Assembly (NCBI GenBank): GCA_964270895.1
Contig: OZ185440.1
Length of the DNA: 64,000 nt
DNA from: Podarcis filfolensis
Taxonomy: Eukaryota
Reading direction: 5' to 3' (one strand)
In this document: positions 1 through 10,479 of the stretch, one piece after another
Layout: the number at the start of each line of letters is the position of its first letter
Position numbering within the stretch: the first letter of the stretch is position 1
Position numbers and translations under genes: made by a program
The notes under the pieces: generated by a model
Seen by the model: only the letters and a program-made list of their open reading frames with translations
Databases searched by the model: none
What the model was told of the DNA's origin: nothing

Positions 1-51
1 CCCTTACTTTTTAGGAGGGAAAAAGTGAGTCTTATAGAGCAAAAAATACGG
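1..51. mobile_element. Terminal part of TcMar (Tc2/Kanga-like) MITE, truncated by window edge
   Basis: Ends ...ttatagagcaaaaaatacgg followed by TA, the same terminus as the copies at 1965, 4347 and 17804. Confidence 0.7.
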
Positions 52-628
52 TACTGTCTCAATCGGGCCCAAAATGGTCTGCTCTGATTGGCAGCAGCAG
101 CTTAGGGGCAGAAAAGGTCTTTCCCAACACCTCCCACCGGATCCTTTTCACGCCAGAGGTTGATCCTGGAGCCTCCTGCATGCCCAGGACCCGCAGCGAC
201 ACCACTGACCCTTCCCTCCAAAAGGCACAGAGGCTGGTGTCTTCCTAGCTACGACCCCCCCCCCCACTCTGCCCTTCTTCAGCCCCAGGGCTCCTTCCTC
301 CAGTCCGGTCCCTGCTTCCACCTGCAACGAAGCAGAGCTGCACCTGCTCTTCCTGCCCGCCCGTTTCCCAACTTAGGTCTGGAAGCTCCTCGGGGCAGGG
401 GACTGACCTTTGTTGTGGCTCTGTAAACACGCGTGCACGGCGCTTACTGGAATATGATGGCCTATCTGAGGAGAGGGAGGGTGTCCCTAACATTGGAGGG
501 GGGTTCTTATAATGGCGCCCCGAACTCCATTAACCCCCCCGCCACCCCCGCGCATGCGTACTTTCGAGAAACCGTCCCCACCCCACCCCCACTAATACAC
601 AACCCCTCAAGGCCGCTCGCTCGCTCAC

Positions 629-900
629 CCCCACCCCGCGAGTCGCTTCCCTCCGCTGGCTCGTCCCGGCTGGAGGAAAAGGCGAGGAAGACGACGACGA
701 AGGCGGGCCCAGCTCTTGTTGTGGTAACTGAGCGGGCGGCGGAGGCCCCATGACCGGAGGCTGCGGGGAAGAGGAACCGCTCCGTGAGGAGAAGGAGGCG
801 GCGGCGGCGGCTGAGGGGACTGAGGCGGCGGCGGTTCGTTCGCCTTTATTTTCCTCTCGCGGGCTCGCTCGCGCCCCTCAAGGCCTCCATGGCGCCACAT
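629..900 (-). other. PLAGL2: Putative first (5') exon of PLAGL2; 5' end uncertain
   Basis: Minus-strand donor GG|GTGAGC at 628-623 inside the CpG island. Identity is inferred only from the known head-to-head PLAGL2/POFUT1 synteny; no PLAGL2 zinc-finger coding sequence is in the window. Confidence 0.4.
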
Positions 901-1102
901 CCGGCCCAGACCGGAAGCCGCCTCGGCCCGGCCGCTCTGCCCTCACGAGCGCCGCCGCCGCCGCGGGGCGTGCCGGGAAAAGGGGCCGGTCGCCATGGAG
1001 ACGGGCGCGGCCTAGCCCGGCCTAGCGAGGCAGCTTCTCTCCCGCTAAACTCTACGAGCCGAAGCCGCTTCTTCCAAGCCGGAGGAAGAGACGGAGGGAG
1101 GC

Positions 1103-1238
1103 ATGGCTGCTCCCGGGAAGGAGGCGGTCGGCGTCGCGGGCCTGCAGCTGCTGCTCGTCCTGTTCCACCTGGGCAGCGGAGGCGAAGGCGGCGGCGCCTG
1201 GGACCCGTCGGGATACTTACTCTACTGCCCCTGCATGG
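1103..1238 (+). CDS. POFUT1: Protein O-fucosyltransferase 1, coding exon 1 (signal peptide ...WDPSGYLLYCPCM-G)
   Basis: ATG at 1103, hydrophobic leader, YCPCMG motif, donor G|GTGAG; 136 nt, phase 1. Confidence 0.95.
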
Positions 1239-1770
1239 GTGAGGCGGCGGGGGGCGCTTCCTTTCCTCCCCTCCCAGGGCGCCACTCGGGTATCACCGTC
1301 CCCTCTCCCCCCCCCTTCTTTCCCCGTTCCTCTCGTAGGCCGTGGCTCTGTAGGCCGGGGGCTCTGAGGGGGCCTTCTCGGTGCCATTGGACTACAACTC
1401 CCATCATCCCTCACCGCGGGCCGCGCTGGCTGCTGGGAGTGGAAGTCCAGCCGTACCTGTTTCTTTTTCATAACTTACTCAAAATCAAGCAAATGTTTGA
1501 AGTGGAGATGGAGTAATAACCACACTTGCTGTCGCTGAGAATATACGTTAAGGTTCACGTGGGGGTTTGTTTGTTTTGCTGCATGCAGGGATGTAAAGGG
1601 GCAGCTGATGGATAATCATTTTGACAAATTCTGGAGGGTGTTAACTAGAGTTTAACTGAGAACAATGCACAGGGATAGGGGCACATCTTGGACATATCTT
1701 ATGCGGAGAGTGGGAAGCTGGTTTTGGAAAACTGTATTAAATTGAGTTAATTTGGCAATGATTTGTAATA

Positions 1771-2678
1771 CAGTGGTACCTCAGGTTACATACGCTTCAG
1801 GTTACAGACTTCGCTAACCCAGAAATTGTACCTCGGGTGAAGAACTTTGCTTCAGGATGAGAACAGAAATCACGTGACGGCGGCAGCAGGAGGCCCCATT
1901 AGCTAAAGTGGTGCTTCAGGTTAAGAACAGTTTCAGGTTAAGAACGGACCTCCAGAACGAATTACCATATTTTTCGCCCTAGAAGGCGCACCGGCCCATT
2001 GGACGCACCTAGTTTTCAGAGGGGGAAATCAAGGAAAAAAATATGATCCCCCCCCCAGGTCTGGGAGTAGCGGACAGGCTGCACGCAGCCTGTCCGCTAC
2101 TCCAAGACCTTCTCCCTGCTTTTGTGGGAGGTGGAGGAATTCCCCCACCTCCCGCAAAAGCCCACAGGAGCCGCGTGCGACTCCTGCGGGCTTTTCGACC
2201 AGGAGGGAGAAGGGACTGAAACGGCCAGTCAGTCCCATCTCCCTCCTTGGGGAAAAGCCCCCATCTCCCGCAAAAGCCCACAGGAGGGAGAAGGGACTGA
2301 CTCAGCCAGTCAGTCCCTTCTCCCTCCTTGGGGAAAAGCCCCCAAGAGCCGCACAGCCTTTAAAGAGCGCGCAGCTCAAAGCGGGGTCGGGGAGCAGTGT
2401 GAAGGCGTCGCTCGCCTTCCCGCTGCCCCCCATCCTCTGGGGCTGGTGATGAGGGAAGCGCTGCGCTCCCCCACCGCCAGCCTCAAAGAGCAGACTCTCC
2501 TGGCTTCAGCGAAAGCAACGCAAAGCCTCCGGAGCAGGCTTCGGAGGCTTCGCGTTGCTATCGCTGAAGCCAAGGAGCCTGCATTCGCCCCAAAGGACGC
2601 ACACACATTTTCCCGTCATTTTTGGAGGGGAAAAAGTGCGTCCTATAGGGCAAAAAATATGGTAAGTACTTACCACTG
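1771..2678. mobile_element. Tigger/pogo-like TcMar MITE (CAGTGGTACCTC termini), interrupted by a nested MITE
   Basis: TA-CAGTGGTACC...ACCACTG-TA; same family as the copies at 13904, 59212, 62497 and 63533. Confidence 0.85.
1965..2662. mobile_element. Tc2/Kanga-like TcMar MITE nested at a TA site
   Basis: TIRs CCATATTTTTCGCCCT / AGGGCAAAAAATATGG; TA duplicated at 1963-64 and 2663-64. Confidence 0.85.
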
Positions 2679-3567
2679 TACTGTAATTCAGAAAATCAAT
2701 AAAAATAATTGGCAGTGAAGTCCAGTCATACCTGGAGGCCGCAGATTCACATCTTTTTTTCTCCTCTGTTCCTTTTACCTTTTTGTAAAAAAACCAAAAA
2801 CCAACATCTCGTTTCTTCTGCTGTGCTTTTTTGTAACTTGGGATGCTGCCTTGCCCTCAAGGTGGGTCGCGGTCCGTCTAGCTCAGTGTTGCTTGCACTG
2901 ACTGGCAGTAGCTTCCTTGGATTGCAAAAGCAAGAGTCCTTCCCAGGCCTCTATGGCCTTTTAAATTGTATGTGTGGAAGGCTCTTACTAAGCCTCTTAC
3001 TGTTTTGTTTATTATATTATGTATTTTTGTGTTTTTAATACTGCAAACTGCACTGTGGTCCTTGGATGAAGGGTGGCATCTAAAATTAATTCGTATTAAT
3101 GATAATATTGGGGGTCGAACCTGGGACCTTGTGCATGCAAAACAGGTGCTCTGCAGTTGAGTTACGACCTTTTACAAGACTGTTTCCTCCTGTCGGTCAG
3201 ATGATGGGTCAGAGGGACAAGTTCAGTCCTGCTGGGTGCTGCTGCGCTAGTGTGTTTTCCACAGGGCAAAGCAGACCTGTGCTGCCAGCAGACTTGAACC
3301 TTCTGCTCATCATTTGGTGAGCAGAGAGTTCCATCCTGCTGGGTGCTGCTTCACCAGCATGTTCCTGGTGGGACTGCTGCCCTGTAGGTTATTGTTAGGT
3401 TGCTGCATGCTACTATTGCATTATAGGTTAGGGAGTGACCTGCTTGTGGTTCTTGATCAACCTGTGGTGTGTTGGACTCCTATGTAACGGTTCCTATTCT
3501 CTGCAGTGGAGTACACCAATTAGAAGATAAATGTTAAAAGTCAAGAAAATAATACAATGGACTTAAA

Positions 3568-3594
3568 GTGTGTGTGTGTGTGTGTGTGTGTGTG
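3568..3594. repeat. (GT)n microsatellite
   Basis: Direct reading. Confidence 0.95.
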
Positions 3595-4163
3595 AGATTT
3601 AAAGACTGCTAAACTTTTATAAGCTCCCTGGGCAAGCTTTCAATTAAGGTGACAGCAACTGTGATTTTTATTTCAGCTATGTAAATAGCCACTTGATTAT
3701 TCGATATGGGTATAATTTGCCTCCAGGTTATCAGACGTCTCATTGCCACCTTCCTTGATACCGCTTTCTGAGAGCATTCCAAATAAATCCACAGAGGTCA
3801 GAAGTCTTGCTATCCAAGTATACTTTCATCTGTTAGTCCTTTGTGCAATAAGTTTCTTATACTTTTGTCAGAGTTTCCTTGTTATTTGGAAGTAATTATT
3901 GGTTGTCATTGAATACTAGGACTTTTTTTAATGGGGGGAGAGGACCTCTGCAAGCTTCTGTGGGTTGGGAATAGTTCCAGAGTCCTAACATTTATGCGAC
4001 TTGCCTTATGCTTAAGCTTTGTGAACAATTCAACATAATGAAGGAAGATCTGCAGCATTTTGAGTTTGGCAGCCATGTAGTTCTTCAGTATGAAGTTTCC
4101 CTAGGCTTGTTGCTCTGCCCCAGCCTGGTGACTAAGAAACAGGTCTTTATGTTCTATTTCAAG

Positions 4164-4285
4164 GGAGATTTGGGAACCAAGCAGACCATTTTCTGGGCTC
4201 TTTGGCGTTTGCTAAAATGGTGAATCGGACCTTAGCTGTGCCCCCCTGGATTGAGTACCGGTATCACAGGCCTCCCTACACAAAT
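4164..4285 (+). CDS. POFUT1: POFUT1 coding exon 2 ([41 protein letters not shown])
   Basis: Acceptor tttcaag|GG, donor AAT|gtaag; 122 nt; GRFGNQ GDP-fucose-binding motif. Confidence 0.97.
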
Positions 4286-4346
4286 GTAAGTAGTTCTGAG
4301 AACTTCTGAGGTATATTTGGGTTCTGTGCTTTTGGAATGCTAAGTA

Positions 4347-4811
4347 CCGTATTTTTCGCCCTATAGGACGCACTTTTTCCCCTCCAAAAATGAAGGGGAA
4401 ATCTGTGTGCGTCCTATGGGGTGAATGCAGGATTTCGCTGAAGCTTGGAGAGCGAGAGGGGTCGGTGCGCACTGACCCCTCTCGCTCTCCAGGCTTCAGG
4501 AAGCTATCAGCAAGCCTGGGGAGCCCATGGGAGTTCCCACAGGGCTCCCTAGGCTGCGGATAGCAGCCTGCTGCCCGGAGCGCGGGGTGCACTGAAGCAG
4601 AGCGCCCCGCACTTCAGGCAGATATCCGCAAGCCTGGGGAGCCCGCGGGAGTTCCCGCAGGGCTCCCTAGGCTGCGAATAGCAGCCTGCTGCCTGGAGCG
4701 CGGGGCGCGCTGAAGCCATGCCTGGGGTGAATAAATTTTTTTCTTTATTTCCCCCCAAAAAAACTAGGTGCGTCCTATGGGCCGGTGCGTCCTATAGGGC
4801 GAAAAATACGG
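4347..4811. mobile_element. Tc2/Kanga-like TcMar MITE
   Basis: TA-CCGTATTTTTCGCCCTATAGGACGCAC...GTGCGTCCTATAGGGCGAAAAATACGG-TA; internal tandem duplication of about 115 bp. Confidence 0.9.
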
Positions 4812-5221
4812 TATTTTCCCAAAGCCACACATAAGCAGGCTCAGTGAATAGGTCCTTGGAACAGATGAGTTAATTCTGCTGGTGTTGGGTGCTACCTACA
4901 TTTTGTATACCTTGTACAAGCAAAAAAAAAAATAGTTTTCAACCATTAAGCTCTGGTCCCCCTCTAGTCTTTAATTAGCCAACTGCAGGTCTTGAAAGCT
5001 CTCCTGGCCTCTGCTTCAAGCTGGAGTTTCATGGATAGTGAAGGAGTCAATAGTACATCAAACCTGCAAATCTGACAGACCAGGGTAGACTAGGCTTTGG
5101 AAATCCTTCAGCCCTTTACGTTATGCTGCTCGCTTTTCCTTCAGACGGTTGTGGATTCACTATTGCTGGAACAGTTATGTGTGTGGACAGGCTCCTAAAC
5201 TCTGTTCTCTTTGCATTGCAG

Positions 5222-5404
5222 CAGCACGTTCCCTACAAAGAATACTTCAAGCTGGCGCCTCTCCTGGAGTACCACCGGGTCATCACTTTGGAGGAATTTA
5301 TGGAAAAGTTGGCACCCATCCACTGGCCTCCTGGCAAGCGAGTGGCATACTGCTTTGAAGCAGCGGCTCAGAGGAGTGCTGACAAAAGGACTTGCCCCAT
5401 GAAG
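5222..5404 (+). CDS. POFUT1: POFUT1 coding exon 3 ([11 protein letters not shown]...DKRTCPMK)
   Basis: NAGNAG acceptor tgcag|cag, donor AAG|gtaag; 183 nt. Confidence 0.96.
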
Positions 5405-5519
5405 GTAAGAGTCTTTCTCATCCCTGAGGTGCCTTCTGTAACCCTGGGCTGTAGTAAAAGCTCTGCTGCTGCCGTTCTTCTAAATCAAGAAAAAAGCACA
5501 CCAAGAACTCTGGCCAGTA

Positions 5520-5880
5520 TAAGTTTCAATAGTGGGAGTGGTCCGTACTCGCGAATCAATAGTCAATTGTAACAAAAACTAATCCATTCAAAAGTATGTA
5601 TTCTGACAAGGATTACAAACTCAAACAGAGATTACAAATTCAAACTCATAAGGATATGTATAACACAATAATTTGTTACAGTATTAGAGCTAAGAGTTCA
5701 TGTTAGTCCATAGTCAGATTTGACGTGAAGATCTTAGTTTCAATCATTGAGCAGAAGTCAATTATGGATCAGAAATTATGGATAAGAAACCAGGACAGGG
5801 CCCTGTTTCGATGTATTCACCTTCATCAGCTGGAAGTATCAAACACTGCATGAAAATACATTTAAATTCTAAATTATCAT
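5520..5880 (-). mobile_element. Probable Penelope-like element terminal-repeat fragment (boundaries approximate)
   Basis: AT-rich segment carrying a CTGATGA...GAAAC hammerhead core with a palindromic stem III, a known PLE hallmark. No RT or GIY-YIG ORF seen. Confidence 0.45.
5781..5840 (-). ncRNA. Type I hammerhead ribozyme motif
   Basis: Minus strand reads CCAG-CUGAUGA-A-GGUG/AAUA/CAUC-GAA-ACAGGGCCCUGU-C-CUGG. Core boxes, stems I-III and a GUC cleavage triplet are all present. Confidence 0.7.
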
Positions 5881-6214
5881 AAATTATAAAACAGTATTAT
5901 GCAACAGCTAGCTAGGGACCATGGGAGTTGTAGGCCAAAAACATCAGGAGGGCTGAGTTTGAGGAAGTTTGTTCTAGATAATGTTCTGTGGATCATTTCA
6001 GTGTGTTTGTATTTAACTTCATTTCATCCTCTCTATACTTGGAAAGCTTCTGGTAAACTTACACACAGGTTTCAGTGGGGGCGGGATTATGGAATATGGG
6101 CTGTGTCAGTTAGGAGCTTGCGGCTCCCGTAGCAACTGCAAAGCTGCCTGTTCCTCTGGCCTGCCTCACCTTTCATCTTCCGCAGTGAACAAGCAGCTGC
6201 CTTTGCTTTTGCAG

Positions 6215-6327
6215 GATGGAAACCCCTTTGGCCCCTTTTGGGATCAGTTTGCTGTGGATTTCGATAGGTCAGAGCTGTTTGGAGGCCTCTCCTTCAGTGC
6301 CTCTTACAAGGACCACTGGATTCGAAG
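6215..6327 (+). CDS. POFUT1: POFUT1 coding exon 4 ([12 protein letters not shown]...KDHWIR-R)
   Basis: Acceptor ttttgcag|GAT, donor AG|gtagc; 113 nt. Confidence 0.97.
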
Positions 6328-6988
6328 GTAGCAAGTGTCGCTTGGGGGTGCCATTGGGCGAAGGGCATGGTTAGGCACTGGGCACATTTCTCCATTGCTG
6401 CTCTGGCTTGTAAAGGGTTCTTGGAAATCATCTTCATCATCTTTTATTTGTATCCCGCCCACCCCAGCTGAAACCGCGCTCAGGGCGGCTAACGTCAGAC
6501 ATATAACTGTTGGGATGCTGCAGTTGGCAAGGCCCCAGCTGGCTCCAGCCCACCGGCCAACGTGCCAGTCAAACTCCAGTCCTTGGTGCAGCATGAATCT
6601 GCAACCCAGAGCTTCAGAAGCTGGGCACGCAACTCAGCAGAGTAAACGCACAACAGAAGTGGCAGGGAGAGGCTGTGTAAAGCATATTTACAGGCAGTTT
6701 ATTCAGCATACATGAGGACAAAAGGAAAAACATGTCTTCTCCCTTTCATGTCCAAGCAAGCAGCATAAGCAGTAGCTATACACACAACGGAAGTTCCCAG
6801 CAAGCTGTGCTGGAGTGTAAACAGACATGTGACATACAACAATTCCACACATCTGTTAAGGTGGAACGGAATATCTTAACAATAACATTGGTATAAAATC
6901 AAACAATAATTAAATTACCTCCTAAAAAACAAGTCAGTATCAAATTAAAATCTAATTAGATGGCTTTCCGCAGGATTAGGGTTGGGAA

Positions 6989-7154
6989 CATAGCTGTCAA
7001 CTTTCAGATTTGAAAATAAGGGATCAGCAGCCTCACCTGTCCCGGGGACAGTCTACGGGATATCTAACAATCCGGGATAGCAGCGGAAAGCAGCGGGAAA
7101 TTGCGCTGGAATAAGAGAATTTCTCGCAAAAAAAAGGGAAGGTTGACAGCTATG
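6989..7154. mobile_element. hAT-type MITE
   Basis: TIRs CATAGCTGTCAAC / GTTGACAGCTATG; 8-bp TSD GTTGGGAA. Confidence 0.9.
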
Positions 7155-7254
7155 GTTGGGAACAGTAAATGCTCATCAGGCCCAACTGCTTACGCTGTTC
7201 TTATATGGACCTGTGAGAATGCTGGGAGGCCTCTTTCATACTAGTTCTTATACA

Positions 7255-7450
7255 AAAAGAGAAGGGGATTCAGGCTGAGCCCTGACCAAAGGCCTGGCAG
7301 AACAACTCCGTCTTGCAGGCCCTGCAGAAAGATGCCAAATCCCGCAGGGCCCTGATCTCTTGTGGCAGAGTGTTCCACCAGGCCGGGGCCAAGGCCAGCC
7401 TAATCTCCCTGAGGCCTGGAATCTCCAAGATGTTGTTCTTTGCAGACCAT
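7255..7450 (-). mobile_element. L2-type LINE ORF2 C-terminal fragment
   Basis: Translates to ...APAWWNTLPQEIRALRDLASFCRACKTELF, same family as the copy at 8982. Confidence 0.75.
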
Positions 7451-7589
7451 AAAGAAAGATGAACAAGTATCCTGCCTTTCCACACGGATGGCAACCAAGG
7501 TGATTTAACAACAAGAAAACACAAAAACAGACAAAATATAATATCAGACAAAAACTGAGCAGATAAATGCCTTGATAATAACATTACAT

Positions 7590-7800
7590 TTTCCATTGAG
7601 GATGGGATAAGAAGCTGTGGCATATAGCAAAATAGGGGTCTTTCTGGTTCCTATTTTTGGGAGATGACCATCTGGGTCCATTAGGCTTTCCTCTAAATCA
7701 TTTAGGAAAAAGCTAAACAATGTGGGGGCGAAAATACAGCCCAGTCTCACTCTCCTTGCCATCCCAGTACAATCTGAAAGTTGGCCCACATCTAACCTGC
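7590..7800 (-). mobile_element. Degenerate non-LTR RT fragment (RTE-like)
   Basis: GCIFAPTLFSFFLNDL...HLPKIG...LLYA motifs, related to the RT at 42493. Confidence 0.6.
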
Positions 7801-8416
7801 AGTTTGCTATCACTGCTCAGAGCTTTAATAAGGAAGAAGAGTCGCATAACGGTCTTTGGGTGGTACGTGTTTTGTAAGAAGTTCAAGGATCTTGGGCAGT
7901 AGAACTAGGAAAGATGTCTCCAGCTCTGAGACCATAAGACACTGCTGCCAGTTGGCATGCGTAGGGCAAAGGTCTGTGACAGTATTAGGCAGGTGCATGC
8001 ATGCATAACTAAAGTCTGCTTGCTTAGTCTGTTGATTTTTCAGAGATTGCTGCCATAGTTTAAAATACAGGGAGGTGCACTTTGCAACTTCTTTCCCCTA
8101 AGGAGGCACGCCTAAGCTCCAGTATGCAAATATTTGGGAGGTGATGCAAAGCGTCTGGGGAATTAGGAAGTTCTTATGAGCTGAAGAGCATGACAACAGA
8201 AATGCAAAATACAGATTAACTTTATTCGGGTTAGCATATTCTTCATAAATCTTGTTAGTAATTCATCTCTTTGTTGTAGGTGTGTTAAAAAAAATTTTTA
8301 ACTAGAAAAAAGCATTTGCATTAAAAGTTCTCAACAGGAAAAACTGAGTAGCACTGGTGCGAGCAAACATGGCAAGTTGTAGCTCCTGTTGATCTTTCCA
8401 CTGTGTCTTTTACTAG

Positions 8417-8609
8417 GTTTCCCTCCTCTGAACATCCTGTTGTGGCTCTTCCGGGGGCACCAGCCCAGTTTCCAGTTCTGGAAGAGTACCGGTCCCTGCA
8501 TCAGTACATGGTATGGTCTGATGAGATGGTGAACAAAGGCGAGTCCTATATTAATTCGTTCCTGGTCAGACCCTACGTGGGAATCCATTTGCGTGTCGGT
8601 TCAGACTGG
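8417..8609 (+). CDS. POFUT1: POFUT1 coding exon 5 ([20 protein letters not shown]...[10 protein letters not shown])
   Basis: Acceptor tactag|G, donor TGG|gtatg; 193 nt; HLR motif. Confidence 0.97.
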
Positions 8610-8981
8610 GTATGGTTCTTACATATACTTCCATGGGGACTGTAATGTGGGATGCACTGTAATAGAGTCTTGACTGGCAGCTTCTAGCTCTATATGAATA
8701 AAAAAGGGAGAGGGTGGGGCTGTTAAGAACATATGCTGATTCAGAACAAAATACTACCTAGCTCAGCATCCTGTTGCCTACCTAGGGCCATCCTTTGCCA
8801 GCTGGGTGCCTCTGGGAAGCTCATAAGCAGGAGTTGAGATCAGGTACCCTCTCTCTGTTTTCTTCCCCAGCAGCTGGTGATATTCAGATCCTGAAGGGGT
8901 GTACACATTGTGACTTGCAGTTATTGACAGCTTCCTGCATACTTGAACTAGACTGTTTGGGGATGGGAATATAACTGAAGC

Positions 8982-9560
8982 TAATAATAATAATAATAAT
9001 AATAATAATACATTTTATTTATACCCTGCCCTCCCTGGCTCAGGGCAGTTAACACCAATAAAATCACAGTAAAAGCATAATAGGGGGGAAAGGGGGGGGA
9101 GAGAGAGACAATTTAAAATACAGGTTAAAATGCAGCCTCATTTTAAAATAGCCGATAAATCAAGACCATAAGGGGAGGGAAACATAAGGGTCAGACTGAA
9201 TCCAAACCAAAGGCCAGGCGGAACAGCTCTGCCTTGCAGGCCCTGCAGAAAGATGTCAAGTCCCGCAGGGCCCTAGTCTTTTGTGACAGAGCGTTCCACC
9301 AAGTCGGGGCCAGTACTGAAAAGGCCCTGGCCCTAGTTGAGACCAATCTAGCCACCTTGCGAACTGGGACCTCCAAAATGTTGTCATTTGTGGACCTTAA
9401 GGTCCTCCACGGGGCATACCAGGAGAGGCGGTCCCGTAGGTACGTGGGTCCTGGGCCGCATAGGGCTTTAAAGGTCAAAACCAGCACCTTAAACCTGACC
9501 CTGTACTCCACTGGGAGCCAGTGCAGTTGGTAAAGCACTGGATGAATGTGATCCTGCGGC
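8982..9560 (-). mobile_element. 5'-truncated L2-type LINE with (TAA)n tail
   Basis: LHWLPVEYRVRFKVLVLTFKAL...RAFSVLAPTWWNAL on the - strand; tail at 8982-9011. Confidence 0.9.
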
Positions 9561-9722
9561 AAGGACCCTCCATTAGCAATGTGGTTTTTTTGCCTGCTTT
9601 GGCTAGCTGTATGGAATTCTCCTTCTCCATTGCTATGAAGTCCTCCTACCTTGTATGATGCTCTGTTTCTTACCACTTCTACCTGTGTGTGATGTTCTGT
9701 TTTTCTCCTCCCCCCGCCTTAG

Positions 9723-9965
9723 AAAAATGCATGCAATATGTTGAAAGATGGCACTGCTGGGTCTCATTTAATGGCGTCGCCACAGTGTGTGGGCTATGAT
9801 CGGAACACTGCTGCACCCCTTACCATGGATATGTGTCTGCCAGGCTTGAAAGAGATAAAACGAGCGCTAAGACTCTGGGTGAAGAAGACAGATGCAAAAG
9901 CTGTGTACATCGCCAGTGACTCTGAACCTTATACGAAGGAAATACAGCAGCTTTTCAAACAAAAG
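9723..9965 (+). CDS. POFUT1: POFUT1 coding exon 6 ([10 protein letters not shown]...QQLFKQK)
   Basis: Acceptor ccttag|AAA, donor AAG|gtaat; 243 nt; MASPQC motif. Confidence 0.97.
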
Positions 9966-10479
9966 GTAATGTCCTGCTGGAGCAATGAGTAGTTACTGGT
10001 GGTGCAAACTTCACTGCTTTTCTCTCTCTGGGTGTATGCTTTGGAAATATTAATATCTTGCCTTCTCAGATGGAGGAATCGGGGGCTTACAGCAGGGATG
10101 GGCAGAAGAAAGTTTGGGCTCTACTGGGTCTTTGAGTGATTTGACAGATGTTTTGGCAACACAGTTCTTTTGCTCAGAATATATGATGCGGTTGCATTAG
10201 ATATAGAGGTAGCTGAACACTACTTTGGAAATCATTCAGGTGACTTTCCACATGGCAAACCCATTGTGGTAGTTCTTGAACCAAGGACTGTAAGACAGAA
10301 CGGCATCCAACAGACTCCGTCTGAAAGATACTCTGGGAACCTGAAGGTGTTATAGAAAGGTGCAGCTTGATGAAACAAGTTCAGGTGGGGGGATAGATAT
10401 ACAGTTTGTGGCAAATGCCACGTCTGCTTGTGTGTGTTCACTTTCAATCACTGGGCTCTGCTTGTTTTCCCCTTTTCAG

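Larger units (their letters stand above)
520..1400. promoter_or_regulatory. CpG-island bidirectional promoter (POFUT1 + / putative PLAGL2 -)
   Basis: Very high GC/CpG content. Opposed ETS sites CCGGATGT (- strand, 897-904) and CCGGAAGC (+, 911-918). NRF1-like GCGCATGCGT at 550-559. Confidence 0.8.

Noticed and set aside
160-1516. Many overlapping Pro/Arg/Gly-rich ORFs at the POFUT1 island, and similarly at 21263-22232
   Set aside because: Expected stop-codon scarcity in CpG islands and tandem repeats; no domain similarity.
3113-3170. tRNA-Ala(UGC)-like sequence on the minus strand (also near 40240-40296 and 28695)
   Set aside because: Acceptor and D stems are broken and the sequence continues into a SINE body; these are SINE heads, not tRNA genes.
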